64,000 nucleotides of DNA, taken from positions 43,028,001 through 43,092,000 of the forward strand of contig CM060732.1 of NCBI GenBank assembly GCA_030704615.1, given 5' to 3'. The position numbers and the translations under genes are program-made. This DNA comes from Takakia lepidozioides (Eukaryota; Plantae; Bryophyta). Positions 1 through 11,714 of the stretch are shown one piece after another. The notes below the pieces were generated by a model that saw nothing but the letters and a program-made list of their open reading frames with translations, made no database searches and had not been told where the DNA came from. Positions within the stretch are counted from its first letter, which is position 1; each line of letters begins with the position of its first letter.

Positions 1-3000
1 CAAGGGCCACGTCAGGGCGGGCCCTCTTCAACCATGCCAATGCAAGCAGTGCAGCTGTCTCCAGCACATGAGCATGCAGCAGGAGGTCAGGAACAAGGAG
101 CAGTGGTGTTGTTGCCACCATCATCTGCTCAACCCCATGCTACTAATTCTTCCATGCAACCATCTGCTCAGTTAGGGCAGCAAGCACCACCAGTCTCTGA
201 GCCAGTGCAGCCCCACAATGAGGAGCATCAGGTGCAGATGTCTTTGCACCCAGCTCATAGCATTTAGAATAGTAGTTGACTGACTGCAGAGTTCCCTGGA
301 AGCCATCCAATTGTGCAGTCGACTTTCATTGTGTTTGCATCAGATGTTGCCTCACTGAGTGTTGGCGGCGGGCTTGGGCTCTCGCCACATATAGTGATAT
401 GCCTCAAGCACTAAATTCAGGGCCTCAACTCCAGCTCAAAGTGTGGTTGACTACCGGATCCTACTTGTTCTCAACTCTCAGTGGTAGTCCAGTTACCTTA
501 TGCAAAATGAATTACCATCTTAACTTCTATAGGAAACATCCAGCCCCTCAACCTCTTGTGTAAACATGCTATCAGGAGCAGCCGCAGCAGGCAGAGCTTT
601 CCATCCAGCACCATCGACAATCTAGTGCTCCACAAGAGCGACAGGTATGCACCATTAGCACTCACACTGTCTAAACTGAACTCAAATTAATGGGTTACAA
701 GCTCCAAACTTTTAGTGTGCAACTTCTCCTGCAGGCATATGGGCTCCCATGCCTTGTGGCAACGCCTATGCAGCAGATCCCTCCGGTAGTACCCTGATTA
801 TTTTCAGTGAGCTTGTCATGTCCTTGGCATAAATCAGCCGCAGGTAGAGTACATGCACCTTGTCTTCGTTTTTCATGCTCATCCATATATAACCTATATA
901 ATGTGGACTATGCTCTCTGAGCCTAATCTCTTTAGATTGCAAAGAAGAAACTAGGCCTGGAACTCTTCCAGGCTGGATTCCTTGAATTCACCCTGAAGAG
1001 GTTTCCATTTCTGTACTTGACTTGGCTTGAGTCCCTTCTCTATTCCATCAATTGATTGGTTCTGCTCAAACTGGGCACAGTCTATGGCCACAAGGCTACA
1101 GCAAACAACATCTCAAGAGTACATTTATTCGAATCAATTGATCTTGCAGGGCCCTGAGCCAATGAGGAGGCTGGAGCAGCAGCAGCAGGCTCAAACACAG
1201 AAGCAGGTGCATCAGCAGCAGCTCCAGAACACAGAAGCCCAGCAGCTGCAGCACCAGCAAGGAATCTCCAGCACGATGCAGCACCTCTCTGCTCCTTCGG
1301 CTGAGGAGGGACATCATCAGCAGCATGAAACATCTGGCACCAAGTCAGTCTTAGACAAGCAAGAGCCAAGGACCTCGGCTACCACTGCAGTGACAACATT
1401 CCCAGAGGCAAATAGCAAAACTGCCGAGCCTGTGCTGCTGGATGAGAGGTCCTTGTTGGCGTGTCTTGTGCGGGCTGTTCCTGCTGAATCCAACTCTAAA
1501 ATTCGGATCAGCTCTACGGTATGAATTTACCGACACAATCACAATCTTATGGGTTTGTAAATTTTGGATGATGCTGTTTGTGAAGTAAGCTGTTCCAGTC
1601 TTTCTGTGATCTGCTAATTGGAAGTCTACTGTAAATGAGCTTTGTCCTGTTTGAATGTGTATGTCTTGTTGCATTTAGTTCTATTGAAGCTAACTGTAGT
1701 TGCATGGATGTAATCACTTGCCAACAGTGGGAATGCTCTCAGTTTTTGGGTTTGAACTCTTGAAGTTGAACATCTTGTGATTGCGAGCAATTTTCGCATT
1801 ATCCTTGCAGCTGCCAAATCGACTCGGGAAGATGCTGGCTCCTCTCCATTGGCATGATTACAGGAAGCAGTATGGTCGTCTGGACGAGTTTGTTAGCTCC
1901 CATCCAGAGGTACTCTTCTAGGTTCTGTCTGTGTTGGAATCCATTTCAGTTTTGCTGGGACACCTCAGCAAAGTTTTCACAGTCTTCTGTCTCCAGATCT
2001 CAACCCAGTGCCATTCCATGTATGAAGCACCGATTGAACTCTTACCAACAAGAGGAAGAATTGTTGTGTGTTCAGCTCTTTGTCATTGAAGGCGATTACA
2101 TTCATCTTCGGGAAGGAGCGCATGCCATGGTCTCAGCAACAACAGCTGTAGCAAAAGCAGCAGCAGCAGCAGCAGCTGCTGCCCCACTAGGACCAACTCG
2201 GTTACCGACAGTGGCCGTCACCCCAGTAGCACAACTTGCTCAATTGCAGCGTGGAAGGACTGGAAAGGCCGGAAACAAAGACAGCAAGTCAGGACCTGCA
2301 CACCAGCAAGATCAGTCAGCAAATGCTTCCAAACAGAGGCCACCCTCTCCACAGAGTTTAAACTCAGGGAATTCCAAGCAAAACCAAGGCTCAGTCATGG
2401 CTAGAAACCTGGTGGAGAATGGCATGTCTACTGTTTCTAACAATGGCAAAGTTGACCCCCATCGTGCTCTGACCGGTGTGGACACTGGCGCTAATGGGGT
2501 CTCCTCAAACAAGAGCCCGGTTGGGTTTGAAGACACAGGAGCAAATGGCTATGGAGGTTCAGGCAAAGGGAGTGGCTCTCATGGGAACAGACAGCATGGC
2601 AGGTATCTTCCTCACCTTATGACAGATTCTAAGAAACTACTGCTTTCCATGTCATGATCCTCACTTTCGAGAGGAAGGCTGAATTTTGTCTGGGCTTGGA
2701 GTCCTGTGTGGTTCACATTAATCCCAGACAATGTCGCTTGCAAGGCATGCCGCACTCCCCTCCACCATGCAATAGCACAGGAGTTTTACAGGAGTGGTGG
2801 ACCTGCCTGCTCAGTGTGAGGTTTGCAGTTAGTCTAAGGTCCCCAATGCACCTCATTGGTTTTCTGTGTCCATGTAAGAAGCATGACCAGGTATCCATGG
2901 ATATGTCTGTAGAGTGGAGGTCCATGATTTGACTGTCCAAGTTGAAGAAGTAATTGGTTGTGTGGCTTTGTGACAGCAGAGGTTCACTGCCAGGAACAGG

Positions 3001-3082
3001 ACATTACAGAAAGCAAGACAACCAATTCAGGCCCCAGACACAGGAAAGCCGAGTTATGGGAACACCTACCACAGCGCAGTGA
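1..3082 (+). CDS. 3' part of a plant-specific Q-rich protein with a conserved C-terminal domain (At5g08440/At5g23490-like family); spliced, 5' end outside the window
   Basis: GT-AG exons ~1-231, 576-644, 1150-1518, 1811-1909, 2076-2602, 2980-3082 join in frame. They give LLDERSLLACLVRAVP..RISST|LPNRLGKMLAPLHWHDYRKQYGRLDEFVSSHPE|LFVIEGDYIHLREGA. Stop TGA at 3080-3082. Family assignment is from memory of the motif. Confidence 0.75.
1061..1130 (+). mobile_element. Non-LTR family A, isolated 3'-end fragment in an intron
   Basis: AAACTGGGCACAGTCTATGGCCACAAGGCTACAGCAAACAAC..GAGTACATT matches the family A 3' termini at ~7185-7222, 8130-8192, 21030-21100 and 50480-50555 (-). Confidence 0.7.
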
Positions 3083-4574
3083 GGTGAACTTTCAAGATTT
3101 GGGATACAGAAATAGCATCTCGACAGTGACTGCCTTATTTTTATAGGAGTTCATATATCATGTTGCTTGTGGAGTTCACGACATAGCATCTCCGCTGACA
3201 AGCAGTTGGACTGTTTGGTTTGTGCATGTATCTGCAGGAGTAGGTGGATCAATATGAAGCCATGTCAAGTTGCAATGAACACATAGGATGTGTATGGAGC
3301 TACATTCAAGCAGAACATCTGTTGAAGAAATCTGTTCCAAAAGTTGCATGAAGTAGTATCTTGTTTTGATATTCATGGCATGTGCTCAGCTGGCGAGTAA
3401 GGCAATTAGTTTCAATGGGTGAGAGGCACGATGTCCTCCACCTTTTTGGTCATTCTGGAGGTGCCCCTGGAGATTTAGAGAAACCTTTTAACAATCCCAA
3501 GTCTCTTCTGTGCACATCAGCTTGTTTCAATTCTTTTAGGTGTCAAAAATGTGGCCAACCCCTCAAAGGAAGAGGGTGTGTTCCTTCTAATGACGTGTGA
3601 CCGGTCTAATAGTCTAGAAGCCACCACCAACACTGGGTATCTATGTCAAATGTTGTTGCATGGGGCATTGAAATGCCCACCAGGCAGAAGAGCAGTTGGA
3701 AGACCATACAGGAGAGAAACTGATTGAATTGTTCACCCTCCCAGGTGGGAAGTATCTTAAAGCAGCAATTGCAGACTTGTGACAGCATGTGTGGGTTGGA
3801 TGGTGTGTGTGTGCGTGCACACATGCAGAATATATGGACAATTTTCCACTGTTGCTTCGGCTTGAATACTGCACAGTAGCCCTCGAGTATAGGTTTCTCT
3901 TTTTTGTGATGTTATAATTGTACTGTGACTTATTGTTGTGGATTATGTTACACATATGGAACAAAGTATCTGAAAACTCATTCCCGACAGGTTCTGTGCC
4001 GATCTTTTGACCTTTCTGTGAACTCCTGAAACCTTAGCCCCTGTTGAGGAGTAGCAATGGAGACCTTTTGTCATAGGTCTTCTCAGGAGATGTTGGCGTA
4101 GCCCTCTTTCTCTCAGAGTCTTGTAGTACATTCTTTCTCTCTCACACTACTGGTGTTAGCCCCCTGGCAAATGTAAAGGCATTTCCTCGGACAGCGGCAC
4201 CATGCATCTCCTGCCACTGTACCAGCCACCTCCTGCCCTAGGAGGCTTCACCTGCTTTGCATCCACCTTATACACCAGCTCAGCAGAAACTGCATCTTCA
4301 CCCCACTTCAATGGAATAACCCGCTGACTATTTCCCTTTGTTATGTGAAGGCCATTGTTCACACAATGGCTTCCTTGTTACAGGGCAGGAGATGGAACTG
4401 TAGTCCACCGGCAGTTGCCCTGGGCAGAAAGATGCAACCACTGCCCTGGGCCCCTCCACATTCCTCTTTCAACTCCAACACAGTTTAGTTTCAAGCCTGT
4501 GGGCCAAGGGTGACCATTCACCCCATCCATGAATATGCCCTGCAGTTCTACCACATACAACTTTTTCCCACTCA

Positions 4575-6050
4575 CTAGTAGACCCTGCCCCCAGTTTGGT
4601 TCGCAAATTAGGGACCCACATTCCAGTAGTGTGACTTACCTTGATATAAACAACTTTCCAGATATCCACTGGAAAGCCCTTCACACAGTCATCACTCTGC
4701 TGTGTGTGCAGCCCAAAAAGGTAGACCAGGACTCTATCCAGATTTTCACAGTTGGTGAACAGAATTGCAGGAATCATGTTCTTAATGTTCCTGAAAACGG
4801 CCACTGTCAGATCAGAACCAGTGTTGGACCCGTATATGGGGGTGAGGCGGGGTATCAGCACGGGTAAGGGTATCGCAGCAGGGTACCAGACCGGGCGGGT
4901 ATAAGCAACTGGCAATACCCTGGGCAGAACATATTGGGGGCAATATAGTATAACGCTAATACCTGGGCTCCTACCAGACCAGCCTGGTATCGCAAGGAAC
5001 GCAGCTTTGTTGATACCAGTACTATGTCTTCCGCCGTCGCTTGCACCCTAGGTATCAATATGTGGAGCGTTAGGGATTTAGGGTGCACCAATGGAGAGTT
5101 GCGGCTCTTTGATTGAGACGATCTGAATGGCGATTTTGGGGGCTCTAATTTTGCCATTCAAAAATCTGCTTAGGCTTGGAGCATTGTCTCATTTATCAGC
5201 CTGTAATATGGCTCTTGTAAGGTGACCTCAAATTACCTAAGATGAGATCCAGCTCCCTGTTATTATGAATTGCGGCACTCAGCCACTGAGGTGACCACTT
5301 CAGTCGCTAAAGTGCTCACGTCAGCGGTATAATTTGGACAGATTTTAGTTTTAAAATAAAATAAAATAAAATAAATAACTGTATTGATATCAGTATTGAT
5401 ATACCCCAGTATAAGATTTGAAATTTGAAATACTGGTACCATACCATACCATGCCAAACAAAACCAATATACATACCAGACTGGTACATTAAAAGCTTAA
5501 TACCTATCTTGATACCATTACCAGGTATGAAGGAGGCCTCTTCACCGACAATACCATACCCTGGCTGGTATGAAATGTTGATGATACCGGCCCAACACTG
5601 GTCAGAACACCCTAGATTTACCAGATACTGGATATTGTCTTTGCGCAGTTGTTCAAAGGTAGGCTCCCACCATTCCTTTAGATTTAGATTTCAGTCCGGT
5701 GCCAACTGTATGTAGGCTCTTCAGATCATCCTTTAAGGTCCTTGCCTATGTCAGGAAATTTCATGCTTAACTTCATTGTTATTGGACAGTTTTTGGGACA
5801 TGGCTTTGGCTTCATCAAGAGGGTCAATTCTTCTGGACTAATATTCATCGGCAAAGACTCAGCCTGTTTAACAGAACGATCTTCCTTCCAAGAAATTACT
5901 ACAATTAGAATTAGATTGTGACTTCTGTAACCAAATTGAACCTGCCAAAGGTTCCATTTTGAGAGTGGCACCGCCTATTATTAGAATCACTGAAGAGGAC
6001 AAAGACGTTGAAATATCAGAATTATTAGAGACTCTTTCGAAATTTGACTT
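4575..6050 (-). mobile_element. Non-LTR family A remnant (RTE/RTEX-like), interrupted by a hAT MITE
   Basis: Reverse complement aligns by eye with 7500-8150 (e.g. GATGATCTGAAGAG / GGATGATCCCAAGG, GGATATCTGGAAA, AAGGTAAGTCACACTACTGG, AACTGGGGGCAGGGTCTA). Outer boundary approximate. Confidence 0.7.
4819..5600. mobile_element. Non-autonomous hAT-type DNA transposon (MITE, 782 bp)
   Basis: Termini CAGTGTTGG...CCAACACTG. 8-bp target duplication ATCAGAAC (4811-4818) / GTCAGAAC (5601-5608). Many GGTAT/ATACC subterminal motifs. Confidence 0.85.
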
Positions 6051-6502
6051 GTTCATGCAGGCCAGCTGCTTAAACCACAGTATCCATAGTATCCACAGTA
6101 TCCATTGGTCAGAACATATATAGGACACCGTCAAACTGCCCATGAAGCAGAGAGTGAGCCCAGGTAGCATGGTTGCAATGAATACTCTTAAGATCTTTAA
6201 TGTTCACAGTATTTCTATGAGCTATGATTATGGTTCGCTAGTGACAGTAAAGCTGAAGGAAGGTTAGTGTATATTTCCTAGAAAACAGTAGCCCAAACAT
6301 TATCAGTGAAAACTGACAGAGACGGCCAATGAGCTCATCTCATTGAACTTGGGGGTTACAGTGGAGTGCTGCACACACATCCCCAGGACCGGATAAAGTT
6401 GTTTTGTAGAAAGAACATATAACAATCAATTACATTTTCAAGCAAGAAGTTCAATATGCATATTCACAGGGTAAAGGTCGATGAGGGAAAGAGAAACATG
6501 TA

Positions 6503-7104
6503 TCAGGTGTGGAGGTAATTGGCTGCCATCATAAGTTCCAGCGTAATTTCAGGTTCAATATGAAACTCTGTCTCCTTACCACTGCAATGCCAGCAAAGTG
6601 CAGAGTCAGCTCCAGACCTAAATTTGGAAAAGTATGAATAAAAGAGCAGACGTAATCAGTGTCACCAAATTTGGACTATCAATATCTTAGAAGAGACTGG
6701 CAGCTAACTTCACTACCTTAACTAACTTCATCAGCTTTTAGGACCAGCCACTGCCTAACAAACAGGCCTCCCAAAACACCAACACGAATATACGTGCAAA
6801 AATGTCTAGGTCAAGGCGCAACAGGAAACCAACCTGGCAAACTGCAAGGACCAGTAAAAGTACTGACACACTTTCTCAAGAATGGGTGTACTGATCTCTG
6901 GAAATCTCACTTCGCCTAACTCCGTCTCCGTAAAACTTCCTGTCACAAATACATGAGGTTCTGCTTTCAAGCAAATCTAGAAAGTCCAAACCAATTGTTT
7001 ATACCAAGGTAAGTCCACTACTGGAGTGAGCCTAGTGTATTCCACCTTGTTGATCAGCCCAAACTCGGCCGATCAAGGCTGCGGCAATCAATGTGTCATG
7101 AGTA

Positions 7105-7179
<75 letters not shown>

Positions 7180-8567
7180 GTCAAGACTACGGCAAACAAC
7201 GTCTTATGAGTACATTCTCTCTGTTCAAGGCTGGCCGTGGAGTATGCATCTGCTGTGTGGGTACACAATTCCAACCATGCTAAATATCTTGAGTCCATTC
7301 AGGTCGTGGTGCTCAAAGAAAGCATGCCCGCTTGCCTGTTCTAGAGCAACTAATGTGGCTGTTATGGGTGAGTTTGCAATACCTCCCTTAAGCTCTCGAC
7401 ATGATGAATTCAGGTCGGACAGTGAGGTCATTTGAGAACACATGCCTAATACCAGATACCCTAAGATAATCGACTCTACTTCTTGGAATCAAGACAGTCC
7501 TGTTAAACAGGCCAAGTCGTGACCGAAAGGGCAAAGAGATATTCAAGTATCTGAATGTTAGTCCAGAAAAATTGACCCTATTGGATGAAGCTGACCTGGA
7601 CTGGTTGTCCAAAGCTATGTCTGATGCCCAAAGACTGTCAGAAGAAAATGAAGTTAGGCATAAAACTTCGCTGAACTTGTATCCAGTCTGTGACATGGGC
7701 AAGGACCTTAAGGATGATCCCAAGGGCCTACCTACCCTCAGCACCAGACTGAAATTTAAACTTGGTGGGGATTCTACCTTTGAACAAAAAGAAGATGCAT
7801 GCAGAGAGGAAGAGGAGATTGTGATTGCCCCATGTGCGGGCAGCCCCACGACAATAACCATTTTGTTATACATTGTCCGGGGTATTCTCACCAGAGACTG
7901 ACCCTTTTCAGGTCCATCAAGAACATGGTTCCTGCACCTCTGGTCACCAACTTTGAAAATCTCGAGGCTGAGCCACCCTGGCCCTGTTCGGATCTAACTT
8001 TTGGGCTGGCCATGCTTGAGTGAAGGTCTTTCTAAAGGATATCTGGACAACCCAAACTAACTCGAGGTAAGTGACACTACTGGAGTGAGCCCGTCACAAA
8101 GGTAGTGCCTAATTCCCTATGTGTCCGTCCAACCTGGGGGCAGGGTCTATGGCCACAAGGCTACGGCAAACACAGTCGAATACATTCTCTCCATTCACAA
8201 TCAGTCCCAACTTTGTAGGAATGAACCCTAACTGCATTTCAAACTTACATTTGACTACATAAGACTTTGTGAACACCATTTGCAGACAAAAAGCAAGGAG
8301 GATAGACACGAAGCAGTTAAGGAAAGAAGCGGGGGACAACGGGCACAATAACCTTCAAGAAAGTCAAAAGAGACCACAAGAGAAACATGCATTTGCCAAA
8401 CGTGCACAGAGCAGACACAGATCAATGGAAAGCAGGGAAAGAAAAAGCTGTGTACCAGTTGAAGTAAGCATGTTCTTAAGAGTGTTGGAGACGAGAGCAG
8501 CCTTGCGGTCAATCACGAACTCAAAACCCTCTGCGCTTATCAGCTTCACTGTATCCTCTTTCCTCAT
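6503..8567 (-). CDS. ELOC: Elongin C (Skp1-like), 3 exons, 98 aa
   Basis: Exons 8567-8456, 6939-6834, 6581-6503 (297 nt, GT-AG) give MRKEDTVKLISAEGFEFVIDRKAALVSNTLKNMLTSTG-SFTETELGEVRFPEISTPILEKVCQYFYWSLQFAS-GKETEFHIEPEITLELMMAANYLHT*. Confidence 0.95.
6960..8192 (+). mobile_element. Head-to-tail tandem of non-LTR family A copies in Elongin C intron 1
   Basis: A 3' end plus (TC)n (to 7177) is followed by a second short 3' end (7178-7222), then a longer 5'-truncated copy (7226-8192). The long copy encodes RLKFKLGG..CPMCGQPHDNNHFVIHCPGYSHQR, a C-terminal CCHC knuckle typical of LINE ORF2. Confidence 0.8.
7108..7177. repeat. (TC)~35 microsatellite, the expanded tail of a family A LINE
   Basis: Perfect TC run directly after GAGTACATT. 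Confidence 0.95.
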
Positions 8568-8852
8568 CGTTTCCTGCCTAGTGTGCTGTGGATGCGACGG
8601 TAAGGGTTTGTCACCAGATTTTCCTTGCGAGCAAGGTGCGAGAAATACTTAAAGGACAAACACAAGCAGGCAAGAGCTGGCGTGTAGTGTATAAGTAAAC
8701 AAGGATTTGAACCTCCCAACTCGGTGCTCTACACAAGCGGGTGTTTCTTATTTAAACTGCGTCTACGTATGTAGTCCACAGTGTCACTGATGAATTTTCC
8801 CCTCACAATGCGAAATTCATCCACAGAAGGCAGTATTCTTCAGTTGCAGAGG

Positions 8853-9038
8853 CAACCAAGTTGTAGCCCAGTGGTAATGGGCACATACTACCTCGGAAGT
8901 GGTTGTGGGTTCAATCCACCCTTTCATGTCTAGGCAGTAAGCCTTGGGGGTGCAGTGACACCATAATTAACGCTTCCTTGGGGAGGTGTCAAATTATTAT
9001 TATCACTATCAAGGGCCAGAAGAAAAAAAAAAAAAAAA
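8853..9038 (+). mobile_element. tRNA-headed SINE, copy A
   Basis: A-box TAGCCCAGTGG, B-box GGTTCAATCC, body GACACCATAATTAAC, poly-A tail ending ~9038. Related copies at 13938-14068 and 24335-24465. Confidence 0.75.
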
Positions 9039-9279
9039 CTCGCCGCGTGGTGCACCAAGTCAAACTCCCTAGACAAGTAAAGGCCAAACCCTTTGAAGCA
9101 TTTGATTACATGTTGTTTAACATGTACTAGGGTAGCCTGTGCCATTGGTCCAAGTGTCCATTGTCATCTTGTATGAGCAGAGACCCAACTATTTGGGAGA
9201 TCTTTGCCATTGGCCCATGTGTGAAGAATTGAAATCTAGCAGTTTCCTATGTATCCATGTGCGTGGGATGTGCGTCTCC

Positions 9280-9900
9280 CATGTAGAGGCCCAAGTGCGA
9301 CCGACCTCGAGTGTCCAATGTCACATAAGTCGAAATGCAATCCCAAAGCTCACTTTGCTATTTTTGCAATCTCCCATGTCCAGTCTTGATGTATTGATAT
9401 ACCCACTTTGTTATTTTTTGCGAATCTTCAACTACCAAAAGCACTTGAAATTGCAAATCTCCCACATGAAGGGCCAGTCATTGCTCCAAGAAAGCCCTCT
9501 TTGCTATTTTTCGCGAATTTCCAACGACCAAAAGTACTTTGAAATTCCATATCTCCCACACCGCAGGTCCAAAAATAATGAGACCAAGCCGGTGCACTCC
9601 TCCTCATCTAGGGCTTTCCAACAGCACCAAGTATCAGGGCTGGAACCCACGGTTTGGGAGATCCAAGTGCGATCTCCATGTCTACTCTCATCTAAGTCGA
9701 AGTGCAATCCCCTATGTGTCCAGAGACCCTGCACTAGTTTGGGATATCTCCACGTCATTGCCCACTTTGCTATTTTTGCAATCTCCCCTACCGAGGCTTC
9801 ATATATATATTTTTCGCGAATTATCAGCAACCAAAAGCACTTGAAATTCCAAATCTCCCATCTAAGCCCAAGGGCAATCTTCTATGTCGAGGCCCAAGTG
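9280..9900. repeat. Internally repetitive dispersed element; a ~175-bp part recurs inverted at 10957-11131
   Basis: Three copies of TTTT(C/T)GCGAAT..ACCAAAAG(C/T)ACTTGAAATT(C/G)CAAATCTCCCA (~9415, ~9505, ~9810). 9490-9663 is the reverse complement of 10957-11131. Confidence 0.7.
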
Positions 9901-9960
9901 CTACCTCTAGGAACTAGAACATTTGAGTCTTTTTTAGAACAGCCAGTTTTGGTTTTGGTT

Positions 9961-10665
9961 TTTTTTTTTTTTTTTTTGGGAGAAGGCGATTGAAGGGCCG
10001 AATGTTCTTGGCTCTGTCCTGTGAGGGCAAAGACTTTGCATTATGTTGAAGTCAATGTAGAAAAAGTGGTTAATGGACCTTACACCGTGTCAAGAGACTT
10101 ATGATTGGTCCAAAAAAACTCTCAAGTAAAAACCATGTGGCAGCTTGTCAAAATTGTTGCTTCAATGGACATAGCCTCTCGCGGTTTGCGGCTTGCTAAT
10201 AAGAAGGAGGAAAAAATAACCTCGTGGAAAACCATAAGGATGAAAAAGAGGACTGTGCCCCCTGACCAAAGAAAAGAGAAGGTTGCAAAATGTTAAGGAG
10301 GGCGTCCCTAGCGCAGAAAGAGGAGAAGGATTAATACTAGCAAGGGCCCCTACAGGGCAAAACATCACTAAGAAGCTAGAGAGATGAAGCCAGGTGGCAG
10401 AAGACTAAAAGCTACCACTTTTACGCTTTGAGGAATCTAAAGACAAATGAGCCTTGGATTTTCCTTTCCTAAGGCTATGTCTATGCCTTCAATTCACATA
10501 AGACACCTCTGCCTCAGCAAGAGAGGGATGCTCACTGACAAACTCCTAGCAACATGGTCATCTTTTTTTATTTCCTCAACCGTCTCGTTGTTGTCAGGAC
10601 TACCAGCATGCCGGGAAGCCATCGTGCCAGACAACTTTGGATTCGGAAACACTGGAGCGTAGGCG
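9961..10665 (-). mobile_element. Non-LTR family C (L1-like, poly-A tailed) 3' fragment
   Basis: Shares AGGAAAGGAAAATCCAAGGCTCA and GGTCAGGGGGCA..TCATCCT..GAGGTTATTTTTTCC with 40800-41003 (+) and 38700-38790 (-). Poly-T on + at 9958-9977. Confidence 0.6.
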
Positions 10666-10860
10666 AGTCTGAAAAATATGGCCAACTTCTAACAGTAGTG
10701 GTTGCAGAAAAAATCCTTGTTCTCATATTTCCAAATCATGCAATACAGATCACATATCAAGCACATACCCACCAAATATCCGCAATTTGTGCAGGTCCCC
10801 AGTTGTTGACCTCAATGTAGATGTGTCTTGCCTTCTTCCAAGCACACCTACCATCCAACA
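10666..10860 (-). pseudogene. Degenerate DYW-domain fragment (PG box to HSEKLAI equivalent)
   Basis: Reads GVWKKARHIYIEVNN..GYVLDM*SVLHDLE..ENKDFFCNHYC*KLAIFF across frameshifts. The opposite-strand ORFs 10554..10820 and 19128..19451 share GQLLTVV, confirming homology to the 19.2-kb DYW. Confidence 0.65.
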
Positions 10861-11714
10861 TTTTTCTCACCTATGTTTTTTCTCCCACAAGTTTGGCAAC
10901 ATCAATATATGAAGGAAGCCAGTTTGTTTTGTTTTGTTTTGTTTTATAACATCGTTGAGATCTCCCAAACCGCGGGGCCCTAGCGCTGGTGCTTGGTGCC
11001 GTTGGAAAGCCCTCGATGAGGAGAGGTGCACCCGCTTGGTCTAACAATTTTTGGACTAAGGGTGTGGGAGATATTGAATTTCAAGTACTTTGGGCCGCTT
11101 GAAATTCACGAAAACTAGCAAAGTGGGCTTTCTGAAACTAGAAACTAGAAGCTTTCTGCCCAAATGAAATCAAGGTTTCTTTCTTTTATTATTATTATTT
11201 ACAGAACCCCACCTCCAAGATTGTTCCCAATCTCGCACGACTTGCTCCCGCATCACTAGTTCAATTGATTTGTTTTGGTGCGGTCAGGTAGAAGTCTCAG
11301 GGTGCCCTCATTGAACTCCCAACATTCGCAGAGACAAATATACTAAAAGACCAATGCCATAGATGCATGGTGGTATACCAAATACAACATGCTTGTTTGG
11401 AGAACAGATTTCAGTTTTCAGTCAAAATAACTGAGAGAGCAAGCAACAAGCAACACTACCCCTCAGAGTTGCATTCACTATATTATGAAACCATGACCTC
11501 AAAATTTTATGCGAAGATATAATGTATTAATAATGCATGGAAATACATGATAAGTATGATGCATTGTCACATACATGCACCATTCAAGACTTTTGTTTGA
11601 TCCTCCCTGGAATGTATACTTAAAATTTTATTCCCTGATCCCAGCAACTGAAGACAGTGATCAGTGAGTAAACAGTAAACCCAACATTGGAGGGTAATTG
11701 GCCCTAAACCCTAA

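Noticed and set aside
8853-8930. Functional tRNA gene
   Set aside because: There is no complete cloverleaf or acceptor stem; a shared downstream body, poly-A tail and divergent copies indicate a SINE.
9139-9993. 284-aa ORF as a real gene
   Set aside because: It runs through an internally repetitive element, has no recognisable domain and ends in a poly-T run.
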